A DNA stretch of 64,000 nt from the human T2T-CHM13v2.0 reference genome, Homo sapiens. Within the stretch, counting starts at the first letter, position 1; each line of letters begins with the position of its first letter. The position numbers were made by a program, and so were the translations under genes. Location of the stretch: the NCBI RefSeq assembly GCF_009914755.1, contig NC_060925.1; one strand, 5' to 3'. This document shows, piece by piece, positions 38,235 to 52,579 of this stretch. The notes below the pieces were generated by a model, which was given only the letters and a program-made list of their open reading frames with translations, was not told the origin of the DNA and ran no database searches.

Positions 38235-39130
38235 ACTAACATTTCTTGAGCCCCTAGTACAAAGCAGACACATTGCTAGATGCCTTCACATAGTTTATGT
38301 CAATTAATTCTCACAACTCTGTTAGACCAGTATTATTTGTCTCCATTTTTACAATGAAGAAAACTGAGACTCAGAGTTAAGCAAGCTACATCACAAACTA
38401 GAAAATGAGAGTGCCAGGCTGAATTATGTATAGTGGGCTCTCAGTAAATATTTGTTAACGAACATAATGAATACATATCTAAATATGCTCTACTCGATGC
38501 CAGGCTGAGATTCTCTAAGTATAGGATTTAGAAGAACAGGATTTTAAACTCTAAGCTGCTCAGGACTATGTGTTTTAGTTTCAGCCCACACTCTCACACC
38601 AAATTATCTTCCATAAGCTAAAAGTTGGATACTATTTACCCCCATTGTACAGATGAGGAAATTGAGATTAAGAGAAATTATGTTCATATAGCTAGTAAAT
38701 GTCAGTACCAGTGTCATACTTAGACTACCTCTTAGACTCATATGTGAAAACGTATGAGGAAAAATAGACAGAATACCATTAAACAATAACTCTACCATTG
38801 GAAAGAAAAGTAATGTTTGAAATGACTTTGTATAATTTTTTCTAGTCTGTGTCTCTCATGGTGGTGACTATTGACTTGAGCATACATACTGAATGCAAGG
38901 CCAGACGATTGGGGTTCCAGTCCTGGATGTGCCACTTATTACCCCGACTCAGTTTTCTTCTATAAGAAATGGGGATTAAATGATCTACCTTCATTTTGGC
39001 TTACCAATGAATTTCTTGCATCAGTACCTGGAATATAGCAAGTCCTCAACAAGTATTTGATGAAGAAATAAATGAGATGATACCTCACAGGCAGTTACAT
39101 AAAAGTGCTTGATATGTGTGAAGTTCTGAG
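38235..39130. mobile_element. Cluster of MIR/L2 fragments
   Basis: 'ctccatttttacaatgaagaaaactgagactcagag', 'cccattgtacagatgaggaaattgag', 'ctcagttttcttctataagaaatgggga'. Confidence 0.65.
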
Positions 39131-39300
39131 TAGATTTGAGGAATGGTAACTGTAATTCTCTAGGCTCTGAGAATTACACCTCCACCCCCATTTATAGAAA
39201 GAAGCTGCCTTTTTAAGTTGCTTAACGCTGTACATTTGTGTAATTTATCTATTAATAGTTCATTTGGGTTGATTTTACACTAGTCCTTGCTACACTTTAA

Positions 39301-39509
39301 TAGGGGTCAGCAAATTTTTTCTGTAAAGGGCCAGACAAATATTTCAGTCTTGTGGTTCATACAGTCTCTGTCAAAACTACTGAAGTCTGCTGTTGTTGCA
39401 CAAAATTAGCCAGACAATACGTAAGTGAATGAGCTTTGCTGTGTGCCAGCAAAACTTTACAAATGGCGGGCAGATCTTGCCCACAGGCTGCATAGTTTTC
39501 CAAGACCTG
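39301..39509. mobile_element. MER58A-like hAT (Charlie) MITE
   Basis: 'aggggtcagcaaattttttctgtaaagggccaga..aaatattt', ending 'gctgcatagttttccaagacctg'. Confidence 0.85.
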
Positions 39510-41829
39510 ATCTAGTATGCAAATGACCACCAGAGACTGGCATATCTTCATAGTCATTATGTTATTTCAAGTGCTTTGTACATAGTAACTGCATGATGCT
39601 ACTTTGCTGAACTGAAAGAATTTTTTTAGTTGTGCTAGGTGCTATACTATGCATCCTAGAGAACAGAAAGCAAAAGAAGATGGTGGCCTCAATAGCGTAC
39701 CCGTTTGAGAACAGTTTACCAAGCAACACACCCAGGAGGGCTAATTGGTCCACTGTGGTCTGTTGATAGTGCTAACACCTGGCAATAGAAAGTGTTATAA
39801 CAGAATATTCCTTCTGGCTTTGTGGGCACATTCCTTAATGTACAGCATATTTAAGTTTCTGCCATAATGAAGTATGAGCTATAATATCACACCAATGACA
39901 AAATGAAAAGAAAGATACATGAGTGATCCTTGTCAAGTCAATTATATCAAGAAAAGCTTTTATCAGGAGCTGGTTTTCAAGAGACAGCAAAACAGTAGAG
40001 GTGGAGAGAAAAAAAAAGGCATCCCAGGTGGGATGAAAAACACATACAAAGCCATGGAACAAAGCAAATAAAAGACAAGTTGATTAGCTCACATGAAACA
40101 ATCATGTTAGTGAATAACAAGAAACAATATCAAAGATTTGCACAAAACCTTGTTCACTTAGTCTGTCCTTTTGTTGTACAAATTATTAACTAGAGAACAG
40201 GAATTGTAGTGTGACCAAAAGTTCTCAAAAATGATTCCCATGGAAAGATATGATTTGAGGAAATGACTCTAACTATGTACCTCTGCCAGAAATGAATTTT
40301 ATTATGCAACAGGTAGTAGATTAATAGCAATGAATGAGTTAAACTCATAAAGAACATTCATGTTGTTAAACAATAGCTTTAGCCAACCAAAATTACTTAA
40401 GTAAAATTATGGGTAAGGAGAGGAATAGCCCAAGTATAAGACCCAAGCACAACAAGGATTTCCTAGACCTGCCAGCAATGCTGAATTACTTGTCTTCTGT
40501 AGTCCACACTGGCCGGTCCCATGGCTTTCCCTTGTACAGTCTTGAACTGACAGTACTTGCAACAGGCAACATCTATCAAAATGCAGCTGGCTTCAGTAGG
40601 CAGGTAAAGTTCAGTAGCCAAATCTCTTTTCTTATTTTTCCTTTCATTGAAAGAAAAGTTCATTTTACAGCAAATGGGAAAATAGCAAACCCACATGCTG
40701 CCTACTTGGAAAAGCCTCCTGTTTGCACTGGGGTTAGAGTTTTGCCCTTTCCTCATGAAAAGATATTCTCACTGCTGGGAATACTCAAATGTCTCTCAGT
40801 TCAAGGTAATACATAGGGCTCAGAGATGGGGACTCTCTTTACCATTCATCCCTGAAAAACCAGTGTTATTTAGGGTAGGAGGTGGGAAGAGACCTTGGTT
40901 CACAAATTCATTTAAGAATTTATTAGTTAAAAGAGAACTTTGGTTCCTGGGGACTGCCTTATGAAATACACCTTTCGTTTTTCTAGCAACCCAAGTTGGC
41001 TGTATTTCTAGTTTTGTGGAGTCTCTGACTTTAGCTAATTCAAACGATAAAATGAAGACAGGCTGTATCTGTTGAAATTAAAATCCAAAAACAAAGCAAA
41101 GAAACAAAAACAAATGGACGATAGCAAGCCATAGAATTTTATATGGCAATGAATTATCTCCAAGATTCTCTGTGCTGCCATAATCTACCACAAATACTGC
41201 AGCTTTAAAAACCAAAATAACCCATTATCTAGAAGGCTTGAACAAGTAGATTGAAAACACTTCTCAGACTGGCATTAATTACAATTAGTAAATTGCTTCA
41301 TTTCTTCAAAAACACCACCCTTTTACTGGAAGTCTGTGATGGAATTTCTTTTTGATGGGAAACAGAGAAGCAAGTGCTTCAACTGGGCAAGGGCATTGGG
41401 TCTCTCATCTCTTATACAAGATCTGCAGCGTGCATTCTTGAAGACAGAGTGACATCTAAAGGGATTTTGAAATAGCCAGGGCTGCTATATGGCAGCCAAA
41501 CTGACAAAGTCAAGGACATGTCATATTTTGGAAAACTGATGAGTTTTCAGGTTTCCTGTGCTTGATTGTCCCAAGTAACCATGAAAAGAGGATCAAATTC
41601 CGATTTTAATGACATGCCTCAGGGTGCCCTCAGGACAACTGCCATTTTTATCTTAGATCCTGCAGGTCCTCAGTGAACAAAAGGGGGGAAAATCAGCTTT
41701 GAATAGATTCCTTATGCTCTTGTCAAAAGTAATCCAACTCTGAATATCTATATCCCAAAATATCATCATGCGGGCAGCTTTTATTAACCTGAAGAATTAA
41801 TAGAGCAGAATATTTAAAATGGGGTTTCA

Positions 41830-42677
41830 GTTATTGATTCTCCAATTAGATCTTGTGTTCCCTAGGTGCTGTGTATAATAATGGTTTTTGCTCAGCCTCC
41901 TGCACCCGCTAGCTCGCTCTTGCTCTCTCTCTTTCTCTCGGTGTCTCTCCGTTTCTCATAAGCATGCATGCTTTGAATACACATGTGGTGCATAATGACC
42001 AGATTTGGGAGGCAAGGCTGCATTTGTGGATTCTGATTATGCTTTTGAAAAATATCCTCAGTCCCCAAATTTAGTCTTTTCCAAGCTTATAATCCCCATT
42101 CTCTTTCATTCTGCACAAAATAATTTTTATTTTGGAGTTGACTATCATAATATGTGGCAGCTTAGCCAGAGAGCAGGGCCTGTGTGCTTGTTAACAGCAC
42201 CCTGATGTTAACAATGAACTAATTACTTTTACTACTGATGTGCTCTGGGGCATTATTTTCTTTCTGTACGCTTTCCTACTGAACTATTGTCATTACTCAA
42301 TCAGAGAGGACTGAGGAAAGCAAAAGCGAAAAAAAAGAAAAAAAGCAAACGCATTTTCCTCCACAGGGCTGAAGCCAGAGTCCCATATCCTAGGTCTTGT
42401 TTTTCTCCGTTTTCTTTAATTGTGCATTCCTTGGGAGGTGGGTATCCTTCTGATGCATTTTTACTTATTTATGAAAAATAGTATAAAATCATGAAAGCCT
42501 CCTGGGATACTCTATCACATTTATAACCATGATGCCCCAGTGAACTGCTTAAGCACGGATCAGCTGCAGACCGAGAAGTTAACTCTTTCTTCTTTACAGA
42601 AGCTGAGTCAAAGTGGTAAAACAGTTTGTGGTGTATTCCCTTTTCAGTAAAAGCGCCTCTGGAAAAGAGAGGTATGC
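41830..42677 (+). promoter_or_regulatory. Candidate CpG-island-less promoter cluster and first exon(s)
   Basis: CCAAT (41842), TATAATA (41874), CT-rich tract with CpGs (41900-41956), exon-like 42367-42437 (ttttcctccacag| .. GAG|gtgggt), TATAAAA (42482), AP-1 TGAGTCA (42605), donor GAG|gtatgc (42671). Confidence 0.45.
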
Positions 42678-45600
42678 ACATTTCTCCATTTGCACAATAG
42701 TATTTCTAGTTTTATCAGAGTTGGGGGGCACGAAAGGGAGGGGAGCAATAAGAAAGGACCACATTAGCCCAGAGAAAGCTATGATAAAAGAACATTTACG
42801 GTGGGATATCATTTGCAGCAAAAGTGTTATTTTGCCTGGAGATAGAATTTGTTCACGCAACTGATTTTCTTTGATTGTTTTCATATAAAACACCCACCCT
42901 AGAACCATTCACACATCTACTCAAACAACAATATTTCACTTTCATGTCAAAAGAAGTTGGCATAGAAAATTCAGAACAAAACACGGAACCTGAGGCATTG
43001 AAACGATAAATAATGACAGGACCTTTCAGCTAGTCTTAATAAAGGAGATTAAAGCAACATGTAACATAAGATGTATGTTAATAAAACAAGTGGTGAAAAA
43101 TAATGAATTGACTCCCCTAATAATAGACACATATCTTTACATTTCCATTAGTCTTTTGCCCATGCTGTCTTTTTTTTCAACACTTACAAATATATTATAA
43201 CCATAGAAAAATGTTGATTATCAAGCCAGAGTGTTCTTGAAAATATGACTATCTGGGTTGCTGTTTTAAAATAAGTTATCTTTCTCATACAGCAACTTTT
43301 CATTGAAAGCTGCTCAATCAGAGCAAGAATCAATCATTGTATGTTCAGATGCTGCTCAGTTTCCCAGAGCTGTCAGTGCCCACAATCTGCCTCAGAGGGC
43401 TGGAATTCTGATAAGAAATGAGAAATGTAAAGGCCAGAAATAATAATAATCATCATCATCTTTATTAGTTCACCAGGGTTTAGGACCAGAAAGAAATCGG
43501 CTTCCTATTATTAATGCAGTTTGAACTTCATTGCTAAAATATTTCTTTAAGTGTGAGTCAGATACTCATTTTGATTCTTTTGTTCCTCCAATAGTTGTTT
43601 TCACACCAAGATGTTGCACGTTTAGCTGTTTTTCCTATAGAAGAGAAACTATGCTAATAGAATAGGTCTTTGTTCCTGGTGTTTCTTTCCGCGAGTTGAC
43701 AACAGCAACGTGAAAAGAAACAGTAGAAGTGGGGAAGCAGAGGGATGGCATCCTTCGGCTAGTATGCTGTATTCTCTTCACCATACCACTTGTAAGTCTG
43801 GTTTAGTTCTTGTTCTGGTGTAAAACTGTAATTTTATGTTGCAATATCAGAATTTTATGAAGTTGTTTCTTTTTTTTAAAAGTAAACATCTTGAAGGTAG
43901 GACTTATAAATGAACACAGCAGTAAGCAATGAAAATTGTATCAGAATAAATCTAACAAGGATTATGCTAAACTATAATATTTAGGCATCTTGCAATAGGT
44001 TTAGCTAGAATCATAAAAGCAAAATGTGGTCAGTGCATAGATCTAGTGAAAGAACAAAAACCCTGAACTATCTCAAAATTTAAAAGAAAACCATTACTAA
44101 AAATATGTTGACTTTGCATTTTTAAGAGGTAAAAAGCCTATGATTAGAAAGCAGACAATTTAAGGATTCTATAGTATATTTCAGCAAGAGAGGGAGAGGG
44201 AGACAGGAGTGAGAGCAAGAGTATTTGGGAGGGTGAGGCTTTCAATTCTTCCCAAATTACAATTTTATTATTTAGCCAGACCTCTGTGGATTTTTGCCTC
44301 TGTTGAATAGTTGATAGACCTGATTTAGACGTAAATTTTTTCACTTGGTAACAAGTAAATTAGGTTTGGTCAATGCAAAAATATTTGAATATTTTTTTTA
44401 AAGATTTTCTCAGGAGTTTCTTTACAAGTGTTTGTGAATTATTCAGCCTCAAGTCTGGACTTTCTATTTATGAAATAGAGGCTTTTGTTAATATTAAAAT
44501 AATCAATAATCTAAAATATTCCCATGTATCACATATAATAATTTTTAAATTGTTTGTGATTCAGGAAAAATTGGTGTAGAGCCCAAAATTAAGAGAAGAG
44601 CTAAGTAATTATCTAAATAGGCTTAGATCTGTGAGCCTTACATGGCCAAGAGCAGTGTCCTATGCACTATTTTCTCCTCAATAGGATAATGGTTGTTAAT
44701 AATGAGTAAAAGATAGTATACAAGGAGGGTGTTTTGAACAATCTGAAATCAGTTTAAGTTCTCACAAAAGGAATGATCCAGACATTGATCAATTCCATGC
44801 CAGCCATTCCCACATATTCATCTACATCCTGAAGAGAAATATGAGATGTAATTACAATGTTGGCTGAGCTTAGCTGAAACTGTTGCTATCGGGAATAGCC
44901 AACAACTTCCACTCCTTATTGTACAAAACCCTCAACCCCTAAAAGGAGGGTGTCTTTTTCTAGTTCTCATTTTAACTTGAAAAATCACATCTCAGGAAAC
45001 TTAATATTGCTTTTTAAGTGTAAGAACAATTAAGATGATATATAATATATTCAGCTCATAACAAAGTTATCATTGAGACAGCTTCCAAGATATGAAAATA
45101 TATCTCGTAAAGCTTAAACTTGGTTTTGTCAGAAAACCAGTATTAAAAATAGCAAGCTGATTATGTAACTTCCGGGAGGGGAAAGTGAGGCATTTGCAAA
45201 CAAATGAATGAAGGAAAAAAATAAATCTAAATACCATTTTCATGAATTTATAAAGAAATGAGTTACACCAGAATAAAAGTCTAAGTTTCTAGCTAATGAG
45301 TAATCAAAAATAAAATAAAATAAAATAAGCTTTTTTAAAAAAATTAGTGAAGCATGCAAGTTATTGATAAATACTGTACTTGGAATTCCCTAGCACCTTC
45401 TCCTGAAGAATCACTCTGGACTACTTTATTTCTTGTCATGGTATTGAATTAATAAGAGCCATTTTCCTTGGCACAGTTTTATAGAATAACGAAGCTGAAG
45501 AATATATTTAATTCTCCCAATTATCTTAACATCAAGTCGGCCCTTTAATTCTCTTCTTTCTTTTTTAGACCTCAAAGCACCACTTAGCATATAAAACACA

Positions 45601-46071
45601 GTAGGTGTTTTCTAAGTGCCAATTAAATAAGGAAACAGTTTAATAACTAACTGTGTAAGCAAAGGTATGCTTAAAAAAAGAGTTCTCGAAGCACATTTCA
45701 AACTTATGTTTTAATTGTTATTTTAAATATAGACACCACTAGCTGTCAGAAGATGATCCTGGATTGGCCAATGTGTTTATTTTCAATACTAGCTGACCAT
45801 TACCATGTGACAGGTGTACAGATTCAAGGACAAATATAACACAGCTCTAGCCCTCAAGAAAGTCACAGTCTAGTGGAGTATGAGACAAAGTTTCTACAAT
45901 TATTAAATGGGTGATAAATGTAAAAATAGAAACAGCCCCAGGATAGTAGCTCCAAGGAAGAGTATCAGCAGGATGGGGTGGGAAGCAATTCAGAGGCAAC
46001 TTCCAGGAAAAGGTCATCCAGGCAAAGAGGGAAGGGGAAGGATATAGAAAGTGATTCCAGGAAGAGAGGGG

Positions 46072-46602
46072 TGTGTCGGGGACCCCCAAGGCTACCTCCA
46101 GATTTGATGTTTTACCACAAGGACTTACAGGACTTACCATATATTCACAGCTATGATTCATTACAGTGCCAGGACACAAAGCAAAATCAGCAAAGGGAAG
46201 AGCCACATGAGGCAAAGTCCAGGAGAAATCACAACAAACTTCTAAGAGTCCACTCTCAACTAAGTCACACAGGACTTGCTTAATTAAAACGAGTTGTGAA
46301 GACACATGAATAGTTGCCAACCAGGGAAGCTTGTTAGGTACTCCAGGATTTTTACTGGGGGGCTAGTCACATAGGCATCTTTTCCTAACATGTACCAAAA
46401 TTCCCAACTCTCAGAAGGAGAACAAGTGTTTAGCATAAACCATATTTTAGCACAGTGTAGTCATTCTTACCAGTCCTAGGAATGGTTGGAACTGAAAACC
46501 TTCTGACATCCAAGTTTTCAGATCATAGCCAAGGGACAATCTTGTAAGCAGGACTTTCAAAAGACAGCAGTTAGGCCTGCTATGTCAACTCTTTTCTGCA
46601 TA
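46072..46602 (-). mobile_element. MER68-like ERVL solo LTR
   Basis: Minus strand starts TATGCAGAAAAGAGTTGACATAGCAGGCCT; other end 'tgtgtcggggacccccaagg'; flanked by L2-like remnants. Confidence 0.8.
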
Positions 46603-46656
46603 AGGGTTAACATGAATAACCTCGAATAAGCAAAACACAGCTAGAGGCATGATAGG

Positions 46657-46772
46657 TAGGATGACCTTATTTTCCAAACTGGCACACTTGAGAGCAAAAG
46701 GAGGATCAATTAACTATTATGCCAGGATGAGAGGTGTAAACCAGAAATGTCCAGGGTATGAACATATGGCTG
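46657..46772. mobile_element. MER81-like hAT (Blackjack) MITE
   Basis: 'taggatgacc..tccaaactggcacacttgagag..aaagg..attatgccagga...aggtgtaaacc'. Confidence 0.65.
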
Positions 46773-47212
46773 TGGTAAAATATGAGACAACAGTTTGGTG
46801 CTGCTGGTGTTTGGTGTTGCATGAGTTGGGTAAGGCTCAGGAGCTGGTTGAGGCTAGATGATGGAAGGCTTTGCATTTAAGAAGTTTGGGCTTTATACAT
46901 GGATGGTGAAGAGCTCATGAACAGTTTTAAATAGGAAAGAGACAAGGTCAACAGTTATCTGGAAAATCTAATATTTTCCATTGATGAGGATCTGAGAAAG
47001 GAAACTGCTTCTCTGCTCCCATCATGTACCATGGCCATATAATGTTGTGATAAAGAGCATAGACCAAAACTCCTACATTCTCATCCTAGCCCTGTCACCT
47101 ACTAGCTATGTGACTTTGGAAAAGTTCATCTCCTGTGCTTCAATTTTCTAATTTCTAAACATGAGTAATAATAGCAGCTTCATGGGATTTTATGTAAAAA
47201 TTAGATGTGCTA

Positions 47213-47748
47213 TCCATATTTTATTGAATCAAAGGCACTATCAGCTATAAGATATATCAGAAAAAAGAAAAAGACTACCAATAAAATTATGACTCAGTGC
47301 TTTCTCATGACTTAACATTTTCATTTTGGCTATGATTTAGTCATGGCTTTTCTCCTATATTACTATGATACATACATAAAAAGCAAAATATAAATGAAAT
47401 TAATCAGTTATTGCTTTGAAATAAAATATTAAATTATGATCATTCTTCCTATAACATTTGCTTCACTAATGTTAAATGTTGCTGTCTTTTCTTGCCATTC
47501 TTAATATACATTCTTGTATGGTTTCAGTGCTTAATCATAATGTAGTTATTTTACAATATCTTATTACTTAAATGATGACAGTATAAACAGCCATAACCAG
47601 CTTTATGCATCCACAGGCAATGATGACTATGCCATGACTTCTGCCTGGCTGACAACAATGATAAGATGTCATATTTTATAGGACATATTCCATTTTCAGA
47701 GATGTTAAAATATAAAAACAAATGTGCATTTTCAAATAAATGAGAATA
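47213..47748. mobile_element. Possible Tc2/Kanga-like DNA transposon remnant
   Basis: Ends 'ccatatttttattgaatc' and 'gatgttaaaat..atgtgcattt' resemble Tc2-type termini; very degraded. Confidence 0.35.
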
Positions 47749-48226
47749 GAATAAGAAGTAGATTTAATGTGAACCTAATGAAGAGAGAGCCTCATGGCCT
47801 CTCAATTGCATAGGCCCTTTCCAAAGCCCTGTGAGTAGTAGTATACTCACAGTCATGCAGTTGTGAAAATTTCTATTTTAAGAAGCTAGAAAAATAAGAG
47901 CAAATTAAACTAAAAGTAAGAAGAAATAATACAATAAGAAAAAAAAAATCAGGGAATTAGAAAGTAGATAAACCACAGGGAGAAAACAACAAAGTCAATC
48001 ACTGGTTCTTTGAAAAGATTTACAAAAAGACTGATTTTAAAAATGAAAGAAAATGCAAATCACTAATATTGAGCATGAAAAATGGAATATCACTCAACAA
48101 ATATTTTAGAAGATAATGAGGGGATACTATGAGTAACTTTAGCCACCATGGAAAAAGTCCTTGAAAGATACAACTTACCAAAACTGACATAGAAATAAAT
48201 AGAAAGTGTATGTAGCCCTATATCTA

Positions 48227-48780
48227 CATGATAGACAGAATCTAACAATTATCTAACAATTATCCCCACCTCCCACTATTCATGCCTTTAAGAAATTCCC
48301 TCCCCTTGAGAGTAGGTGGGACCTGTGACTTTCTTTAATAATAATATAAGGCAGTGATGGGATGTCACTTTCATGATTATGTTACACATGATTGTAACCT
48401 CCTTCTTGCTAGCAGACCCTCTCTATAGACCCTCTCCTTTGCTGGCTCTGATGAAGTTGCCCTGTAGAGATGTTCACATGAGAGGGGACTGAAGGCACCT
48501 CCAGCCAACAGTCAGCAGGGAAAAGAGTCCCATATTCCCAAAGGGTACTGGATCCCATCAATAACCAGGTGAGCTTGGAAGCTAATCTTTCCCCAGTTGA
48601 GCCATAGATACGACTCCAGTCCTGACCAACACCTCAATTGCACCCTTGTGAAAGACCTTGAAGCAGAGGACTCAGCTAAGCCATGCCTGGATTCTTGACT
48701 CACAGAAAGAGTAAGATAATAAATATGTGTTAAGTTGCTAAATTTGTGGTAATTAGTTACACTGAAGAAGGTAAATAATA
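48227..48780 (+). mobile_element. MLT1E/F-type MaLR LTR inserted in the L1
   Basis: 'ccctccccttgag.gtaggtgggacctgtgact', 'gcagaggactcagctaagccatgcctggattcttgac', 'aagttgctaaatttgtggtaatt'. Confidence 0.85.
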
Positions 48781-50427
48781 AAACCTATTTTTTATTTAAT
48801 TTGCAATACAAAATGTTCTCACAAATAAAATTTCAGGCCCAGAAGACTTCAGTGGTTAATTCCATCAAACAATCAAGGAAAAAATAATACTAATCCCACA
48901 AAAAATGTATTTCAGAATGCAGAGAAGAAAGGACTACTTTGCAACTGATTTCATAAGGCAGCATAATATTGAACTCAAGATCTGGCAAAGATATTACAAG
49001 AGAAAAAAACACAGATCAATATCATTCCTGAAGATGGATACAAATAATATATTTAAAATATATTAGCAAATAGAATCCAGAAATATATAAAAAGAAAAAT
49101 ATATCATTACCAAATGAGTTTATCCCAGGAATGCAAAGTTCAGTCAACATTAGAAAATCTATCAATGTAATTCACCGCATTAACAGAGCAAATGACAAAA
49201 AAAGTCTCCATAGAAACAGAAAAAAAAAACTTGACAGTATCTGTCCATGATAAAAACTCTCATCAAGTTAGAAATAAAAGGAAGTTCCCTCACCCTGATA
49301 AAGGCATCTGTATAAAACATATAGCTAATATCATATTTAATGCTTAAAGGCTGAAATTGGAAGCAAGTTAAACATTACTGTTCTCACTACTTTTCAACAT
49401 TCTATTGGACATCTTAACAAGTACAATAAAAAAAGATAAATACATAAAAGATGTAAGTATTGAAAAAATAGTAAAACTGAGATTATTCACAGATGGTATG
49501 ATTGCGTACATAGAGAACCACATGGAATCTGCAAAAAATAACCGATACGTGAACTTAGGTTACAAAATACAAGGTCAATATTTAAAAATCAATTTTATTT
49601 CTATGCATTAGCAATGAACAATCGGAGCATGAAATTTTAAAATAAAATTTCCAGAAGTTTCAAAAACTGTCACATACTTAAAAAAATTTGATGAAAATGT
49701 GCAAGAGCTCAACAAAAATATTATAAAACACAACTGAGAAAAATTAAAGACAAATAAGTGGAAAGACATGCCACATATATGAATCATAAAACTCAGTAGT
49801 ATTATAATGCCCCTTCTTTCCAAATTTGTCTATATCTTCAACACAATCTCTATCAAAATTTCAGCAAGGATTTTTTAAACAATTGAAAGTTAATTCTAAA
49901 CCTTATATAAAATGCAACAGACAAAGAATAGCCTAAACAATTTGAAAAAGAATAAGTCGAAGGACTTACACTACTTGATTTTAAGACTTATTGTAAACCA
50001 AAATAATCAAGACAATATGGTACTGGCATAGGATGTCAAATCAATGAAAAAAATGAGTCAATAAATAGACCCTGATATATAAGGAAAATGGATTTTTTTT
50101 TAAAACCACAGCACTGAGTTAATGGAAAAAAGGCTTTTTTTGTTGTTTGTTTGTTTAACAAACAGCGCTGCAACAACTAAATATCTGCATGGAAAAATAA
50201 TAATAAACCTTAATGCTGTTTCACTCCATATACAAATAATTCTAAATGTACCATATACTTAAATAAAAAACTCAGAACTATGAAGTTTCTAAAAGGAAAT
50301 ATGGCACACAAGAAACTGTCTTTGCGAGCTTGGGGTAGGCAAAAATTCTTTGGACAGGACAGAAAAAGCTTAACAATGATAAAAAGAAAAAACTGATGAA
50401 TTGGGCTTCATCAAAAATAACATTTTC

Positions 50428-50713
<286 letters not shown>

Positions 50714-50943
50714 ATATTCTGTTTATCAAAAGACACCATTATGAAACCGAATAGGCAAACCCCAGACTGGGAAAAATTTTGGAACACGTATATTTTAAAA
50801 AGGCATATAACTGGAATACATTTTTTAAATTCCTACAATTTGAGACTAAAAATACAAACAACCAAATAAAGAGCAAAGACGTAACCACTTCAAAAAAAAA
50901 AGATAAACAAATGACTAGTAAGGACATGTCAGTGCTCACGGTC

Positions 50944-50988
50944 AAACCCATAATATGGTACCAAATTAAACCCATAATCTGGTACCAA
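50944..50988 (+). repeat. 24-bp-period tandem duplication inside the L1
   Basis: aaacccataatatggtaccaaatt / aaacccataatctggtaccaa. Confidence 0.85.
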
Positions 50989-52579
50989 TTCACACCCGCT
51001 ACGATGGATAAAATTTAGGAGATTAAAAACACAAATGTTAATGAGGAGGTAGAGCAACTAGAACTATTCTCACACTGGTGGTAATGTAAAATCTCACAAC
51101 CACTTGGAAGAACTTCATTGCAGTTTCTTGTAAAGTTAAATACACATTTACCCTGCACACCTGGAATTCGATCCTGGGTATTTATCCAGAGAAAATGAAA
51201 ATCATCCACAAAAACACTGTATTGGGCTGTTAATAGGCCAAAACCTGGCAACAACTTAAATGTTCATCAACAAAACAATGGGTAAATAAATTGTATTATA
51301 TTTATAAAATGGAATGTTTCTTAGTAATAAAAAACAGTGAAGCACAGATCCAAGTAACAACATAAATGAATTTCAAAAATATTAAGATGAGCAAAAGAAT
51401 CCTGGCCCAAAAATGTACTGCATGTTTTCATTCACATGGATTCAAATGACTGGTAAAGTTAATCTATGGAGACAAAAAGTGGTGACCGAATTCCAGCATG
51501 GGGGTAGGAATCGATTAAGATGCATGAGAGAATTTTCAGTGTGGTGGAAATTTTTTGTTTTTTTTAGTGAGTGTAATGTTTATAAGGTTGAAAAATATCG
51601 TTAGAATGCATCAAATGAATATATAAGATGCATGTGTTTCACTGTATGTTAATTATATACCAATTAAAAAATTTAATTTTAATTAATTTAAAAAATTGCA
51701 ATCCAACAAACATGTACTGTGTCATACTGTGAAATGCCACATTATTTAAATTGGAAGAAGGCCAGATAGATCCACACGTTTAGCCAGGTAGCCCCATGTC
51801 TGCCAGTGTTGGTTAGTTACAGAGGTTTTAATAAAACTATTAAATATATATTCACAACTAGTGCGCAATTAGTACACATTTTTGCTTTTAAAACTCAGTG
51901 GAAACACAACAGCAACAATGAGACTTCTTCCTACAGAATAAATGTAAACATCTGCTAAAACATTAGGTCTTTGAAATGCAAAGCCAGTGCATTCAAGCAG
52001 GTAGAAGGTATCAGAAGGAAATACAAGGTGATTCAATAGAAGGAGGATAAGGTTAATCACAAAAAGGCCCTTTGTCTAGGATACCCTGTGACCCCTCCTA
52101 GCCATAAAGTGACTGACTTTATAATTGTTGTCACTCATTGCTCCCAGCAAGTGTTCCATCCCAAAGACCATGACCTTATCCAATTAGCACTCACTTTGCA
52201 AGTAAAATAGTGGGAGAACCTATTCAACATACTTTCAAAACACTGTGCTGGGTCATCTCATTTGATTTTCACTGATTCAGTTATTGCAATGAGGGAGAAA
52301 AAACTCTTTTTGGACTAATGTGGCATTGATTAAGTTATCCTCATCAGTTTTGATGTGTATTTTTGTGGATTTTTTGCTATTTATAGGTTTAAATATTTTG
52401 TTTTAAAATGGAATTAGTTAATTTAACTATTTTTTGAGATCAAACCTAGAATGATCATTATCAGACTATCTTTGCATTTGTTAAAGCATCTTTGCCACAA
52501 GTCATTCACCCTTCTAGAGGCTTCCTGTGGTGAAGAAAATATTGTACACCATTTTATAACCTACCTGGGAAACCATGGA

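Noticed and set aside
45847-46320. 157-aa ORF
   Set aside because: Spans MER68 LTR and L2 remnants.
49405-49611. Reverse-transcriptase-like peptide as an active RT gene
   Set aside because: Decayed L1 ORF2 fragment; catalytic FADD is mutated and stops surround it.
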